Shown here piece by piece: positions 10,045 to 21,797 of a stretch of 64,000 nucleotides of DNA. The notes under the pieces were generated by a model that worked only from the letters and a program-made list of their open reading frames with translations, was not told where the DNA came from and ran no database searches. A program made the translations under genes and the position numbers. The DNA lies in contig AP024596.1 in NCBI GenBank assembly GCA_019704295.1, positions 160,001 through 224,000 on the forward strand, in the 5' to 3' direction. Position 1 is the first letter of the stretch, and the number at the start of each line of letters is the position of its first letter. Origin of the DNA: Sulfolobales archaeon HS-7. GTDB taxonomy: Archaea > Thermoproteota > Thermoprotei_A > Sulfolobales > Sulfolobaceae.

Positions 10045-10702
10045 CTTAAATATAAAGGAATTTTACAATTATATATAATTTGTAAATAAGACTTTACTTG
10101 TGATAAAAAAGAGGGAGATCCTAGCATGAGTTTTTACTATAAGTCTAAACCTCTTAATATTATTTTTGTAAAGGATTCTTTACTCCCTTCTGTGTAGCAA
10201 TGAGCATTTAACGACACTACTAAAGTAACTATTTAGGTAACTTAGGTTAACGGCATTATGAAATATCGGTGTCGGCGTTTTTGCCCTTATAATCGCTCCG
10301 TGGAAAATAAGTAGGGATTCACAAAACTTAGGAAGGATCGGAGACCTTCTAGCATTAACAAACGGGTCATAAGCTCATGTAAGAGGAGAAGTGATTAACA
10401 CTATTGCCTCTTTCCTCAGTTTTAGGAAGTTCCATTATATTCCACATGAAGCATTAAGAATTTCCTTTTAGCTACACACTATAATCACTTTTAACGTAAT
10501 CCATATGAGGCTTAGGGAAGTCATGAATGATATCGTCAACAATATTTACTTAAGTTTTCCTGTCAACAAGAACTTTACGGAGACGCTAAGGTTAGCTCTC
10601 TTCATTACAAGACTCCTAGGGAGTTCTTCCTTTGAGTTGTTGAGTTTTGTAAATTCGGCTTTACGTAATAATATATAATTGTAAAGTCGCTTATTAGGTT
10701 AC

Positions 10703-11974
10703 ATGGACGAAGGCATATTTGAGGCAATTTCGCACAGGATTAGGCGCGAGATAATAAAAGCACTGGGAGAAAAGAAGGAAATGACTTTTTCCGAACTCAT
10801 GAACCAATTATCACTAGAAAGCTCTGCCTTAGCTTTTCATTTGAGAAAGCTCTCAAAACTGATTGAGAAAAGAGGAGACGTTTACTATCTAACGGACTTG
10901 GGGAGAAGAACTTACGGTGTAATTCTTAGCCTAGAAAAAGGTGTCGAGCCACCTAAACAGGAGAGTGAGGTAAAGTCTGAATTACCAAATGAGGGGGGAG
11001 GAATTGAGGATTTCACACCTCTGGTAATAAGTGATAGACTAACCGTAAATGTTACGAAGAACCTAATCGAGGAACTTTATAGAACAAAGAGAAAATTGAT
11101 TATATCCGATGTAATGACAGTAACTTTTGATGACGACATAGACCCAGAAAAACTGCGAGTCGTCCTGGACGGGATCACTGACGTCATGACGGTCAATTGT
11201 CCTGAAAACTTACGTTATATAATTGAACCTAGGACGAGAGACGTTCTGACGGTTGGAAAGTCCTCAGGAATTGTGCCAGACATAGGAAACGTAATCATTA
11301 AGGAACTTGGAAGGGCTCTTTCAGGGAGTTTCAGGGACTGGATAAGACCTTCAAGAGGATACTCATTTAACACACCAAAGATCGCTTACGATCAACCTTT
11401 AAACGAGTTTGATAAGCTCGAAGTGGAAGCAGAGGGAGGTTTCGTTGCTATAGAAAGGGGAGCTCCTAGAGTTAAGGCTACGTGTAAGGACGCCGACGAT
11501 TTCGATATAGATGTAACTGGTAATAAGCTTAAGGTAGATTCCGAGGGATGTACAGTTGTAATTACGGCAACTGAATTGGAAAACATAAGAGTTATATTAG
11601 AAGGAGGGGCAATTACTGTAAAGGATTTCTCTCCTGGGGTGTTTAGATCGGAAATATCAGGAGGAGCTCTTTCCTTCTACCTTCAGGACATGGTTAATTC
11701 CTCCGTAGACATCTCTGCTTACGGTGGCGTAGTTACAGGTTCTATAAAGTATAATGAATTTGACGGAAAAGGGGAATTAAATATAGATGTCGAAGGAGGT
11801 ATATCTAAAATAATGTTAGGAATACCTCAGTCCGTAGGATTTAATGCGGAAGTAAAGCAAGAGATAGGAGTCGTCACTTGCCCTATCCCAATTCGGAAGG
11901 GCGAAAGAGGAGAACTTAGGGTTAAGGCAAGAGCATATGGAGGAACTTTAGAGTTAGAAGAATTGAAAGGATGA
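10703..11974 (+). CDS. ArsR-type wHTH protein with C-terminal beta-rich (DUF4097-like) domain
   Basis: N-terminal FEAISHRIRREII...LAFHLRKL; Gly-rich beta repeats in the C-terminal half. Confidence 0.75.
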   Translation: MDEGIFEAISHRIRREIIKALGEKKEMTFSELMNQLSLESSALAFHLRKLSKLIEKRGDVYYLTDLGRRTYGVILSLEKGVEPPKQESEVKSELPNEGGGIEDFTPLVISDRLTVNVTKNLIEELYRTKRKLIISDVMTVTFDDDIDPEKLRVVLDGITDVMTVNCPENLRYIIEPRTRDVLTVGKSSGIVPDIGNVIIKELGRALSGSFRDWIRPSRGYSFNTPKIAYDQPLNEFDKLEVEAEGGFVAIERGAPRVKATCKDADDFDIDVTGNKLKVDSEGCTVVITATELENIRVILEGGAITVKDFSPGVFRSEISGGALSFYLQDMVNSSVDISAYGGVVTGSIKYNEFDGKGELNIDVEGGISKIMLGIPQSVGFNAEVKQEIGVVTCPIPIRKGERGELRVKARAYGGTLELEELKG

Positions 11975-12240
11975 GGCCCCTCTTAATCCCCTCACTTTCT
12001 TGATAGAAAAAAATTGACGATGATAGGAAAGGTCAACTGTTAATAAGCACTAATAATATACACAATATTTAACGTATGTGGCACTTTCGTGAGCTTGAAT
12101 GGGTTCTGTTACATAATACTTTCCTGAATTTTTACAGACATTAATACTATCTTTAACTCGAATTCCTAAGTTAATATTATAAATCTTTATGTGATTGGAA
12201 TTTAACAAAAGTTTTATTTCTCCCTTGATTTATACCGATA

Positions 12241-13497
12241 TTGACATCAATATTTGTATTTAGGAGGGATTTGAGGTTAGACGATAACACTGGCTTAGTC
12301 AACGTAGATGATGAGATAATTCCCGTCTTTATACTTGATCCTAGGCAGACCGAAACCAATGAGTACAAAAGCGATAGGGCAATAGAGTTCATGCTTTTCT
12401 CGTTGATTGAATTAAGGGACAGTGTTAGGGACAGAGGCGGAGAGCTCTACGTGATTAAGGGTATTCCTGAGGAAGTTTTACCCAAACTTTCACAAAAGTT
12501 TGGGGCCGAGCTTATCATGAATAGGGACTACACTCCGTTCTCGAGAGCTAGAGATCAGAAAATAAAAGCGACGTTCTTTGATGACTATCTACTTATTGGC
12601 GACCCGGATAAATTTGAAGTGAAGAGGACGTTTTCCTCATTTTACAGAGACGCATTGAAAAGTCAACCACGCAGGCCGATACCATTCAAGGGGGATTTTA
12701 GGGAAGTAGAACTAGAGTCCGTAGAATTACGTTCGAACTCCCCTCTTGGAGGTAGGCAACAATGTATGGAGAAGTTAGATGGCTTGAAGGACATGACAGA
12801 GGTGGATTACGAAGGAATAAGGAACGATCCTATGAATCCTATAATGCTCTCACCGTATATAAAGTTCGGAACCTGTTCAATAAGGGAGGTGTATTACGCC
12901 TCAACACATATTCCCAGCTTAGTTAGACAACTCTACTGGAGGGACTACTACACCTTGATTGCGTATAGGTTTCCTAAGGTATTTGGCAACCCGTTTGATG
13001 AGAGGTACAGGAATATCAGATGGGACAACAATAATGAGTTAATTGAAAAGTGGAAAGAGGGCAAAACGGGCTTTCCGATTGTTGATGCGGGCATGAGGCA
13101 ACTTAATAAGGAGGGCTTTATTCATAACAGGATTAGGTTGGTAGCGAGTTCTTTCCTAGTTAAAGTGTTACATGTAGATTGGAGAATAGGAGAGAAGTAC
13201 TTCGCCACCAAATTGATTGATTACGATCCATCAGTAAATAACGGAAATTGGCAATGGGTTGCATCAATGGGACTCGACCCTGTTCCGTACGTAAGGGTTT
13301 TTAATCCTTGGATTCAGCAGAAGAAATTAGATCCGAATTGTAACTACGTGAAGGAGTATATTCCAGAAATTAATGATGTAGATTGTAAAAAAATACACGA
13401 AGCTTATAAATACGATTTGACACCTTATCCTTCTCCCGTTGTTAATTATCGCGATGAAATAGAAAGGACTAAAAGGGAGTATATGTCACTGACCTGA
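12241..13497 (+). CDS. phrB: CPD DNA photolyase
   Basis: FRRDLRLDDN, LSPYIKFG, WRDYY, GKTGFPIVDAGMRQL, DYDPSVNNGNWQW. Confidence 0.93.
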   Translation: MTSIFVFRRDLRLDDNTGLVNVDDEIIPVFILDPRQTETNEYKSDRAIEFMLFSLIELRDSVRDRGGELYVIKGIPEEVLPKLSQKFGAELIMNRDYTPFSRARDQKIKATFFDDYLLIGDPDKFEVKRTFSSFYRDALKSQPRRPIPFKGDFREVELESVELRSNSPLGGRQQCMEKLDGLKDMTEVDYEGIRNDPMNPIMLSPYIKFGTCSIREVYYASTHIPSLVRQLYWRDYYTLIAYRFPKVFGNPFDERYRNIRWDNNNELIEKWKEGKTGFPIVDAGMRQLNKEGFIHNRIRLVASSFLVKVLHVDWRIGEKYFATKLIDYDPSVNNGNWQWVASMGLDPVPYVRVFNPWIQQKKLDPNCNYVKEYIPEINDVDCKKIHEAYKYDLTPYPSPVVNYRDEIERTKREYMSLT

Positions 13498-13565
13498 TAA
13501 GCAAGTTTCAAGATTAGAGCCCTTTTCAGTAAAACGTTTAATATGGGTTAGAGTAAGGAAATCAC

Positions 13566-13976
13566 ATGCCTCAGTACTTTATTTACAGGGATTATGTAAG
13601 AATATACGATACGGACGCGCAGGGAATAGTCCACTATGCCGGTTATTATAGGTTTTTTACTAATGCAATGGAGAGATTTATGGAACAGGAAATAAGGATT
13701 GCCTATCCTCTCGTAAATGAAAACCTGTGGTTTGTCATAGTTGAGTCTCATGCTGAGTATAAAAAACCGGCTAAGATCGGTGACGAGCTCAGCGTGTATC
13801 TCTCATACGAAGTCGTATCAGAAAAGGCCATAAAGTTCAAGTTCCTTTTAAGAAGGGATGAGGATGAAATAGCACAAGGGCATCTCGTTCAGGTGGCAAT
13901 AAACCCGAAGGAATGGAAATCCATTCCGATACCTCCAGAAGTGTTAAGTAGGTTTAAGGGATTCCTTCAATTCTAA
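13566..13976 (+). CDS. acyl-CoA thioesterase (YbgC/4HBT hotdog family)
   Basis: YDTDAQGIVHYAGY motif. Confidence 0.88.
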   Translation: MPQYFIYRDYVRIYDTDAQGIVHYAGYYRFFTNAMERFMEQEIRIAYPLVNENLWFVIVESHAEYKKPAKIGDELSVYLSYEVVSEKAIKFKFLLRRDEDEIAQGHLVQVAINPKEWKSIPIPPEVLSRFKGFLQF

Positions 13977-14007
13977 GTTTTTAACTGGCAAACTTTATAT
14001 TATTTAC

Positions 14008-14235
14008 ATGAAGGAATTCGATACAATGAGAATTGGGAAGAAAGGACTTACGACAGAGGTTTTAAACGAAATAAAGAGAAGGCTTAGGGAACATACAACA
14101 GTGAAAATTAAGTTTCCTAAGGACACTGATAGGAGAAAATACGCTAGTGAACTCGCGTCTCTAACGAATTCCGAATTGGTTGATCTTAGGGGATATGTTG
14201 CCACTTTGAGGAGGAAACGAAATGAAGCTCTCTAA
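14008..14235 (+). CDS. YhbY/CRM RNA-binding protein
   Basis: IGKKGLT..V..EI...L..H..VKIK and V..RG pattern. Confidence 0.85.
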   Translation: MKEFDTMRIGKKGLTTEVLNEIKRRLREHTTVKIKFPKDTDRRKYASELASLTNSELVDLRGYVATLRRKRNEAL

Positions 14236-14743
14236 ATGGGGGTTCTTATCGGGAGTCTTCCTCTGGTGGTTTCCGCTCATCGGCCCTGCTATTTCAGGAT
14301 TAATAATTGCTTGGACAACGAGAAGAAATCCAGAATCTGTAGGTAATGCACTGATAACCTCAGTTGTTATGTCAACTATTACCTCCTTACTAGCAATCTA
14401 TGTGATAAAGATTCCTCTACTTGGTAATCTTCTATCCACGTTTGTAATCATAATGAACGTTTTGGGATCTGCACTTTGTATGGGATTGGCGTATTATGTT
14501 GTAAGAAGGACTATGATTACTTACGCAACCCCCGAGGGGGCTCACATAGAATTCCATACAGATTCGCTAGATGAAGCTAGGGAGAGAATATCCTCAATGT
14601 TTGGTAACACCTGCTCAGAACCCAAATACGAACTCCATGAGGACAAAGTTAACGGTACGATGGAATGCCTAGGCAAGGAAATTAAGTACGAAATAACGAA
14701 AGAGCTTGACGGTTATAGGGTAGTTGTGAACATAGAGACGTGA
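14222..14743 (+). CDS. membrane protein with C-terminal soluble domain
   Basis: Three TM plus polar tail; overlaps the upstream gene. Confidence 0.7.
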   Translation: MKLSKWGFLSGVFLWWFPLIGPAISGLIIAWTTRRNPESVGNALITSVVMSTITSLLAIYVIKIPLLGNLLSTFVIIMNVLGSALCMGLAYYVVRRTMITYATPEGAHIEFHTDSLDEARERISSMFGNTCSEPKYELHEDKVNGTMECLGKEIKYEITKELDGYRVVVNIET

Positions 14744-14978
14744 ATACCGTTATTGGCTTCATTTTTCATGTAGATTACCTGCTTTACCAATTCGCGTGAA
14801 TCACGTCTCCGTTAGATACCCGTAAGGTATAGCATTCAGAGAGCCCGTGTAACTCCTACGTATATTGTCCAAAAAGCCTGGCTTTTCTACTAACTAGTAC
14901 TTCTCCGCGTTTCAGGAAATTTTGAGGTATTTGCGGTTAAGTAGTAATTATGAAATTCTCCTGTTTAGGGGAGATAAC

Positions 14979-15524
14979 TCACCTTACAATTACGTAAACT
15001 AAGTAAGCTATTGCACCTATTGAAATTAGTATATCGAATGCCTTAGTTATTCTTAACGGAATGTTGGGTAGGACCTTTCCGACTAATAACAGGGTCAATG
15101 AAGATACTACAGTGAACAATAGTAGAAGTCCTACACCGTTAAGAAGACCTAGATCCGAAGCCAGTATTGCAACCAGAACTTTACTTGGAGTTAAGGCTAA
15201 ACCGCCTTGAACTATTCCTGTTTTAAACCCAAACTCTATTTCCTTATTAGCTAATAGGGAATAAAGAAATACAATGCTTATTCCAATTCCAAAGATATCC
15301 CCTGCAATATCTAAAAACGGCAGATATCCTAAGATGAGAACTATAGGTATGCCAATAATGAGGAAGCCTAAGCCGTGAGATAATGCAAATTTCCACACTG
15401 TATTGAAGTTCTTAGCACTCCTTAACGTTACGATGTGATCTGGTTCAACAGCATGCATAACTCCAAATCCCGTAACTAAAAGTACCACTGAATAAGCAAT
15501 TGTGACGAATACTTCAAGCTGCAT
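14979..15524 (-). CDS. Ni/Co transporter-like membrane protein (NiCoT/UreH-like)
   Basis: HAVEPDH signature and a later HG; about six TM. Confidence 0.7.
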   Translation of the reverse strand: MQLEVFVTIAYSVVLLVTGFGVMHAVEPDHIVTLRSAKNFNTVWKFALSHGLGFLIIGIPIVLILGYLPFLDIAGDIFGIGISIVFLYSLLANKEIEFGFKTGIVQGGLALTPSKVLVAILASDLGLLNGVGLLLLFTVVSSLTLLLVGKVLPNIPLRITKAFDILISIGAIAYLVYVIVR

Positions 15525-15711
15525 AAATTACGTTTGTTTAATGTTTAAAATGTTTGACTAACACCTTCCTAGGTTTTCAGGCTAACGTTAAAAACTATTA
15601 GAGCGAGCTTCAGATAATGAGCCTTCGCGTTTGCTAAAGTAAAATTTTTCAAAAATTCAGGACGTGTTTGCACTTTTCAATCATATTTTAAATCAGATTA
15701 ATTAACCATTA

Positions 15712-16854
15712 GTGAAATTGTTATCTGTGATTCCTACTGTAGTTACCATTGCTGGGTCTGACTCGGGCGGAGGGGCTGGACTTCAGGCGGATCTAAAGAC
15801 GTTCACATCCCTTGGAGTATTCGGAACTACGGTTATAACTAGCGTAACAGCCCAGAACACCCAGGGTGTTATAGCTACTTTCGATTTACCTCCAGAGATG
15901 ATCAGAAAGCAGTTTAATGCCATAATGGCCGACATTTCTCCAAAGTATGGTAAAACCGGTATGTTAAGTTCACAGGAAATAATTGTCGAGGTCATAAATG
16001 CCGTAAAGGAGTACGATGTAAAACTCGTCGTCGATCCCGTCATGATCTCTAAGACTGGATACCCCCTCATGTCGAAGAGTTCAACCGAGTCCATTATACG
16101 ACTTGTGAAATCCGGAATACTGGTAACTCCCAATATTTACGAGGCGGAGAGGCTTTCAGGGGAAAAGATCTCTTCAGCTGAACAATTAAGGATCGTTGTC
16201 AAGAAGCTATATGATCTTCTTGGAAACGTAGTTGTAAAGGGAGGAAGGAGATTTAAGGGTTTAGATATTGCGATAATTGAAGGGGATGAACTTAACCTGA
16301 CAGGAGATTTCGTGGACACAAAGGACCTCCACGGTAGTGGGGACGTATTTTCCGCGGCGATAACTGCCTTTCTCAGCAAAGGTATGTCATTAAGAAGGGC
16401 TATAGAGGAGGCGAAGACTTTCACTGTTAGTTCGATAAAGAACACCTCGCCTGTCGGAAAGGGGATAAACCCTGTAGATCCCTCTAAGGATTTGCTTAGA
16501 TTAGCTAATAGAGAAAGGGCCAGAGAGGAGCTAGAAGAAGTGGTGTATTGGCTGGAGAGGAAGATGAATCTGTCGGAGATTATACATTCCGAGGGCAAGA
16601 TGAACGTGGGCATAAGGACGGAAGATGGAGACGTTTTTTCTCTTGCGGGAGGAATAATAAAGTACATGGATTGGACGAAGGTCGACGGACCTATCGTAAT
16701 GGATGTAAATAACGAGGTAACTAAGTTCCTTAAGAAGGGGAAATCCAAGTACGCAATCTCGATCTCCCTTTCCAATAGGGAACCTGGGAGAACTATAACT
16801 TTCCTTGAGGCAAATTCGGTCGACGAACTCCTGGATAAGGTGAGGTCTAAGTGA
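15712..16854 (+). CDS. thiD: HMP/HMP-P kinase ThiD with C-terminal ThiN-like extension
   Basis: TIAGSDSGGGAGLQADLKT, KTGML, DPVM, HGSGD. Confidence 0.9.
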   Translation: MKLLSVIPTVVTIAGSDSGGGAGLQADLKTFTSLGVFGTTVITSVTAQNTQGVIATFDLPPEMIRKQFNAIMADISPKYGKTGMLSSQEIIVEVINAVKEYDVKLVVDPVMISKTGYPLMSKSSTESIIRLVKSGILVTPNIYEAERLSGEKISSAEQLRIVVKKLYDLLGNVVVKGGRRFKGLDIAIIEGDELNLTGDFVDTKDLHGSGDVFSAAITAFLSKGMSLRRAIEEAKTFTVSSIKNTSPVGKGINPVDPSKDLLRLANRERAREELEEVVYWLERKMNLSEIIHSEGKMNVGIRTEDGDVFSLAGGIIKYMDWTKVDGPIVMDVNNEVTKFLKKGKSKYAISISLSNREPGRTITFLEANSVDELLDKVRSK

Positions 16855-17711
16855 TTACGGTTGTAGGGAGCTACAACGTCGACTTGATAATAAGGGTTGA
16901 GAAGTTCCCTCAAGCAAGTGAAACAGTGTTTACGGAAGGGGTTAAGGTTTACCATGGAGGGAAAGGTTCGAATCAAGCCGTATCTGCCTCCAGATTGAAT
17001 GGGAGGGTAACGTTGATCGCAGCAGTGGGCAACGATAACTATGGTGAAGAAGCGATTAAGTTCTGGCAGGAGGAGAAAGTCGATACTTCCTATGTTAAGG
17101 TGAAAAGGGGAAGAACTGGGATGGCATATATCTTAGTTAACCGTAAGGGTGAGAACATGATCGTGGTTGATAGGGGGGCTAATTCTATGTTGACCTCGTC
17201 GGATTTAGACGGTACTTTAGGGAAGGTGACTTTGATTCAACTCGAGGTGAATATGGACGTTGTGAAGACAGCTCTTACTAAATCTCATGGAGTCAAGATA
17301 CTTAATCCCGCGCCGGTCGTTAGTGAGGTTAGAAGTCTCCTGGAAATGGTTGATGTTCTAACTCCTAATGAAATAGAGTTTATGGAACTTACAGGAACTA
17401 ACGACCTTTCCTACGGGACGTTAGTTTTGCTAAAACGCGTTAACAAAGCGGTTATAGTTACATTAGGAGAAAAAGGAGCCTTCTTAGCAACTAGAAATAG
17501 GGCTTTCAGGATACCATCTCCTAAAGTAAAGCCGGTAGATACTACGGGAGCAGGAGATGTCTTCAACGCAGCTTTAGCCGTTGCTCTACATGAGGAAATG
17601 GATTTAGAAGATGCGGTAAGTTTTGCGAACAAGGTCGCATCTGTATCAGTTATGACGGAGGGGGCCTTAGGTCCTACGATTGAGGAGGTGAGGAAACATT
17701 TTGAGGTATAA
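16851..17711 (+). CDS. rbsK: ribokinase (PfkB family)
   Basis: GSYNVD, GGKGSNQA, NPAP, PNEIE, DTTGAGD. Confidence 0.88.
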   Translation: MITVVGSYNVDLIIRVEKFPQASETVFTEGVKVYHGGKGSNQAVSASRLNGRVTLIAAVGNDNYGEEAIKFWQEEKVDTSYVKVKRGRTGMAYILVNRKGENMIVVDRGANSMLTSSDLDGTLGKVTLIQLEVNMDVVKTALTKSHGVKILNPAPVVSEVRSLLEMVDVLTPNEIEFMELTGTNDLSYGTLVLLKRVNKAVIVTLGEKGAFLATRNRAFRIPSPKVKPVDTTGAGDVFNAALAVALHEEMDLEDAVSFANKVASVSVMTEGALGPTIEEVRKHFEV

Positions 17712-18905
17712 TTACGGGGGAATCTCCTTTTTCACTTGAGGGGGTTCAGCCCTTTTTGATAAGAGATACATGTAAAGGTAACCTCCTAGAGCCTGGAGGA
17801 GGCCCCCTAATTCTAGGGGAAGTCCAGGAAAATCCTCAAGTAAGTAACCACTGATCCCAGAGCTCATTTGAGAAACCCTCGTAACCACTCCTTGTAGACT
17901 CGAGGCCGAACCGTAATCCTCAGCTGAAACTCCCCTGATGTTAGTTACATTTCTGTTAGGAAGTCCGATTCCTGCGTTTATAGCTCTTATCGAGTAAAGC
18001 GCTCCCGCTAGGACCATATAGGGAGACAGCCCCATAGCGACAAGGAGAACTCCGTTCACAATTCTAGTTATGTACGCTAGTTTCAAAGGATTTCCTTTTA
18101 TTCTAGTAGCCACCAGTGATCCTAGGGCTGAACAGATACTTCCTGAGGTAAATATTATTCCTATATCGAAGGGAGAGGCGTGGTAAAACACCTTAAACCA
18201 GAGGGTAAGTAGGGGTATTGATAATCCCAATCCGAATCCGGTTACCGCATTACTTATTATAACCCGGGAAATGTAATTCGCTGACGAACGGGTAATGAAT
18301 TTAGTTGTCTTCTTCTCTCTCTTTTCCTCCTTAACGTAAACTAAGTTAGCCACAGAGAACGCTAGAAGAACTGCTGACACCTCAAAGAGAATTCTATAAG
18401 AGGTTACTGTGGGCAACGGAATGAACTTTATCGCCGAAATCATCAAACTACCTCCGACTCCGGCAAATCCAGCTGCTGAGAATAAAGTTCCCATTCTAGA
18501 AACGCGTTCCTTTTCGTCTTTCCAGTTGCTTACTACGAGAGCTGTTAAACCCGGGGAAAAGGCGCCCCTGGCAGCACCGGCGTTGCCGCTAATACCGGTA
18601 ATTATTAGCGCGGGAATGATTAAGTTAATCTTACTTGCAAGTCCTAGCATAATGAGTCCGATCAACGGAAAAAGATCACCGATAATTAGCGATTTCTTAT
18701 ATCCGAATCTATCTCCAAGGTACCCAAGCAATAGCGAGAGACCTGCAGTAAATCCTATGACCCCGAAGAATATTACCCCAATTACCGCCGGATTAAGTCC
18801 TAAAGCCGACAGATAGAGGGGCGATGCCAGGCTGGCGTATATTAAGCCTACACTTCTTAAAATCCTTGAGAGAAGTAAATTAAAAAACCCTCTATCGTTT
18901 TCCAT
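17712..18905 (-). CDS. MFS transporter
   Basis: 12 TM; GYLGDRFGYK motif A. Confidence 0.88.
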   Translation of the reverse strand: MENDRGFFNLLLSRILRSVGLIYASLASPLYLSALGLNPAVIGVIFFGVIGFTAGLSLLLGYLGDRFGYKKSLIIGDLFPLIGLIMLGLASKINLIIPALIITGISGNAGAARGAFSPGLTALVVSNWKDEKERVSRMGTLFSAAGFAGVGGSLMISAIKFIPLPTVTSYRILFEVSAVLLAFSVANLVYVKEEKREKKTTKFITRSSANYISRVIISNAVTGFGLGLSIPLLTLWFKVFYHASPFDIGIIFTSGSICSALGSLVATRIKGNPLKLAYITRIVNGVLLVAMGLSPYMVLAGALYSIRAINAGIGLPNRNVTNIRGVSAEDYGSASSLQGVVTRVSQMSSGISGYLLEDFPGLPLELGGLLQALGGYLYMYLLSKRAEPPQVKKEIPP

Positions 18906-18919
18906 GAAGGAGATTATAA

Positions 18920-19447
18920 GTGGTTAAAGAAGATATATTTTGCGGTATTGATTTAGCGGTTAAGAGACCGTCTGACGTAGCCGTTATTTCAGAGGGGGAG
19001 TTGTCCATCTACAGGATTTTGTCAATGAAGGATATATACACTATTTGTAAACCTGCCGTTTTGACGGGGGTAGACTCGCCACTATCCTATTTCGACGGAT
19101 ATAGGGAGGTCGACAGGGCTATGATAAGAAACGGTTTCAGGGTCTTTCCTCCAAACTTCTTAAGGGAATTAGTGGCAAAAGCCCTAGAGATTAAAGGAAC
19201 AATACCAGTAATAGAAACCCACCCGACCTCCTCTATGAAAATTCTCGCGGTCGATTGGAGGAGTTACACTAAGAGAAAGGACGCATTCGATGCCGTGCTG
19301 TCAGCACTTGCAGCAGTGGCAACGTGGAAAGGAGAAGCTGTAAAGATCTCTGGGGGCGGCGAAACGATATACCTAGTTCCTAAGGACTATAAACCCCTTT
19401 TAGATAAGCTTTTTTCTCATTATCATGAGACATCACCTAGTCAATGA
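18920..19447 (+). CDS. DUF429-like RNase H-fold protein
   Basis: GIDLA, VDSPLS, IETHP, DAVLSAL. Confidence 0.75.
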   Translation: MVKEDIFCGIDLAVKRPSDVAVISEGELSIYRILSMKDIYTICKPAVLTGVDSPLSYFDGYREVDRAMIRNGFRVFPPNFLRELVAKALEIKGTIPVIETHPTSSMKILAVDWRSYTKRKDAFDAVLSALAAVATWKGEAVKISGGGETIYLVPKDYKPLLDKLFSHYHETSPSQ

Positions 19448-19757
19448 CTTGATCGTCCGCTGTAGTAAGACGTTGAAAAACGTTAAATCGCTTTTGTTTA
19501 ACATTTCGTGGGATGCACTTACAAAATGGCAGAAGGACATACACCTTCCCGAATTTTCCGTAATTGACGTAAAAGTGCATTAAGACATTAATATTCGAAT
19601 TAATGGTTCTTCAATTAGGAAATACAGGTATTAAGAACTCAAGAAGAGTTGATATATTGTAGGATAGCTTTAAGGTAACCAATCTGTCCTCTATTATTAA
19701 CGGTAAAAAAATCAACATAAGTAAACTATTTAAAGGTATATCGTTAGTCTGTTAACT

Positions 19758-21440
19758 ATGCACTACAAATGGGTAGCTCTTTCGAATACGACGTTAGGGG
19801 TGTTAATGGCATCAATAAACGGTACAATCCTGATAATTGCATTGCCCGCCATATTTAGAGGAATCGACATAAACCCCTTGACCTCATTTGAATATCTACT
19901 TTGGATCCTCTTCGGTTTCAACATAGTGACTGCAACCCTCTTAGTAACTTTCGGTAGACTATCTGATATGTATGGTAGGGTTAGGCTATACAACATGGGG
20001 TTTCTGGTTTTCACAATAGGTTCTATCTTACTTTACCTTACCCCAGGAACAGGCGATACGGCCGCTTTGGAGATAATAATATTCAGGATAGTGCAGGGTA
20101 TAGGAGCGGCATTTCTATTCTCCAACAGCGCTGCTATTTTGACTGACGCTTTTCCTTATAATGAGAGAGGTAAAGCGTTAGGTATAAATCAAGTAGCTGG
20201 ATTAGCCGGCTCGTTAATAGGGCTAGTCTTGGGAGGTGTCCTTGCTGCAATTTACTGGAGATATGTGTTTTTGGTGAGCGTGCCTGTAGGGATTGTTGGT
20301 ACAATTTGGTCGTATCTTAAGTTGAAGGAGGTGGGAAAAATCAGGAGGAATAGGAAAATAGACGTTTGGGGTAACGCTACCTTTGCCGCTGGACTAACGT
20401 TAATTCTAATAGGAATAACCTACGGGCTAATTCCCTATGGCAATAGCGTTATGGGATGGTATAACCCATGGGTGATGGCCTCATTAACGTCTGGGGTAAG
20501 TCTTCTCGTTGCGTTTCCCTTCATAGAGATGAGAGTGCCAGATCCTATGGTCAGATTAGACTTCTTTAAGATCAGGTCTTTTGCAGCGGGAAACTTCGCA
20601 GCGTTATTGTCTGCAACGGCACGAGGAGGTGTTATGATAATATTAGTTATACTTTTACAGGGAATATGGTTACCACTTCACGGATACAGCTATGCCTCTA
20701 CTCCATTCTGGGCGGGAGTGTATCTCATACCTCTCTCTTTAGGATTTGTTACGATGGGCCCATTAAGCGGTTGGTTGTCAGATAGATATGGTGCCAGAGT
20801 TTTAGCAACAGTAGGGATGGCAATAGCAGGGGCCTGTTTCCTCCTGTTAGCTACCCTTCCATACAACTTTAACTACTTGGAATTCGCTCTAATCATATAC
20901 GTTATGGGTATTGGGAACGGAATGTTCGCATCTCCCAATACCGCGTCAATCATGAACTCGATTCCTGCAGAACACAGAGGCACGGCTTCAGGAATGAGAT
21001 CTACCTTCCAAAATACCGGACAAACAATAAGTATTGCGCTGTTTTTCACAATTGTCATACTTGCTATGTCGTATTCGCTTCCGCTTGCTTTATCTCACGC
21101 AGTTCCCGGCCAACCTCAACTTGATGCTATTCTGGAAAAAATACCCCCTACGGGAGCTCTCTTCTCTGCTTTCTTGGGATATAACCCTATGAAAGCCATA
21201 TTATCCCAATTGCCCCCATCAGTTGTTAACCATATACCGTCCAGCGTTATAACGACCATAACTGCAAGGACTTGGTTTCCCGAGGCTATAGCTCCCTCCT
21301 TCATGAGTGCCCTAAGGTTGTCATTCTACTTCGCAGCGGGAATGTCTCTTGTGGCTGCAATAGCTTCGTTACTAAGAGGTAGAGTTTACGTATATGAGAA
21401 GGAGACTAGGGGAGAGAAGATTGCCGGTGAAACCAAGTAA
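19758..21440 (+). CDS. DHA2 (14-TM) MFS efflux transporter
   Basis: GRLSDMYGR and ERGKALG; 14 TM with a large C-terminal loop. Confidence 0.9.
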   Translation: MHYKWVALSNTTLGVLMASINGTILIIALPAIFRGIDINPLTSFEYLLWILFGFNIVTATLLVTFGRLSDMYGRVRLYNMGFLVFTIGSILLYLTPGTGDTAALEIIIFRIVQGIGAAFLFSNSAAILTDAFPYNERGKALGINQVAGLAGSLIGLVLGGVLAAIYWRYVFLVSVPVGIVGTIWSYLKLKEVGKIRRNRKIDVWGNATFAAGLTLILIGITYGLIPYGNSVMGWYNPWVMASLTSGVSLLVAFPFIEMRVPDPMVRLDFFKIRSFAAGNFAALLSATARGGVMIILVILLQGIWLPLHGYSYASTPFWAGVYLIPLSLGFVTMGPLSGWLSDRYGARVLATVGMAIAGACFLLLATLPYNFNYLEFALIIYVMGIGNGMFASPNTASIMNSIPAEHRGTASGMRSTFQNTGQTISIALFFTIVILAMSYSLPLALSHAVPGQPQLDAILEKIPPTGALFSAFLGYNPMKAILSQLPPSVVNHIPSSVITTITARTWFPEAIAPSFMSALRLSFYFAAGMSLVAAIASLLRGRVYVYEKETRGEKIAGETK

Positions 21441-21750
21441 CGTTGTCCTTCCAAGTAATGATATAAACGAATTCACAAAATCTAGGAAAGTCCTAAATAA
21501 TGCCGACTTGTTTTTATTGGAATTAAAAATCGTTAATAGCTCTACGCGAAATGAGATACAATCTATTAATTCTTGAAAGGACGCTCTCTTACGTGTATCT
21601 ACCTTTTACTCCCACTTTCAAATATTATGCTACTATACTTAAAGCTGTGCCCCTCCTTACAGGAATTGAATGCCATCAATTAACATTGCGCTAAATATAT
21701 CGGAAATACTTAAATTAAGGAAAATAAGCTGCCACTTATGCCCAGGCTTT

Positions 21751-21797
21751 AGGTGTCGGACTTTCATAGGGTTTCATAATATTTGATATCAACCCTC
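21751..21797 (-). mobile_element. orphan IS607/tnpB right-end remnant
   Basis: Minus-strand GAGGGTTGATATCAAATATTATGAAACCCTATGAAAGTCCGACACC aligns with the IS end at 38892-38937. Confidence 0.55.

Noticed and set aside
10200-10530. Possible decayed gene on the minus strand with a promoter-like upstream region
   Set aside because: Stops after 18 codons and no recognisable family.
16137-16976. 279-aa minus-strand ORF
   Set aside because: Antisense shadow of thiD/rbsK with no motifs; the same applies to the many short ORFs overlapping well-supported genes.
21394-21576. 60-aa ORF overlapping the MFS 3' end
   Set aside because: No motif; cannot be supported as a gene.
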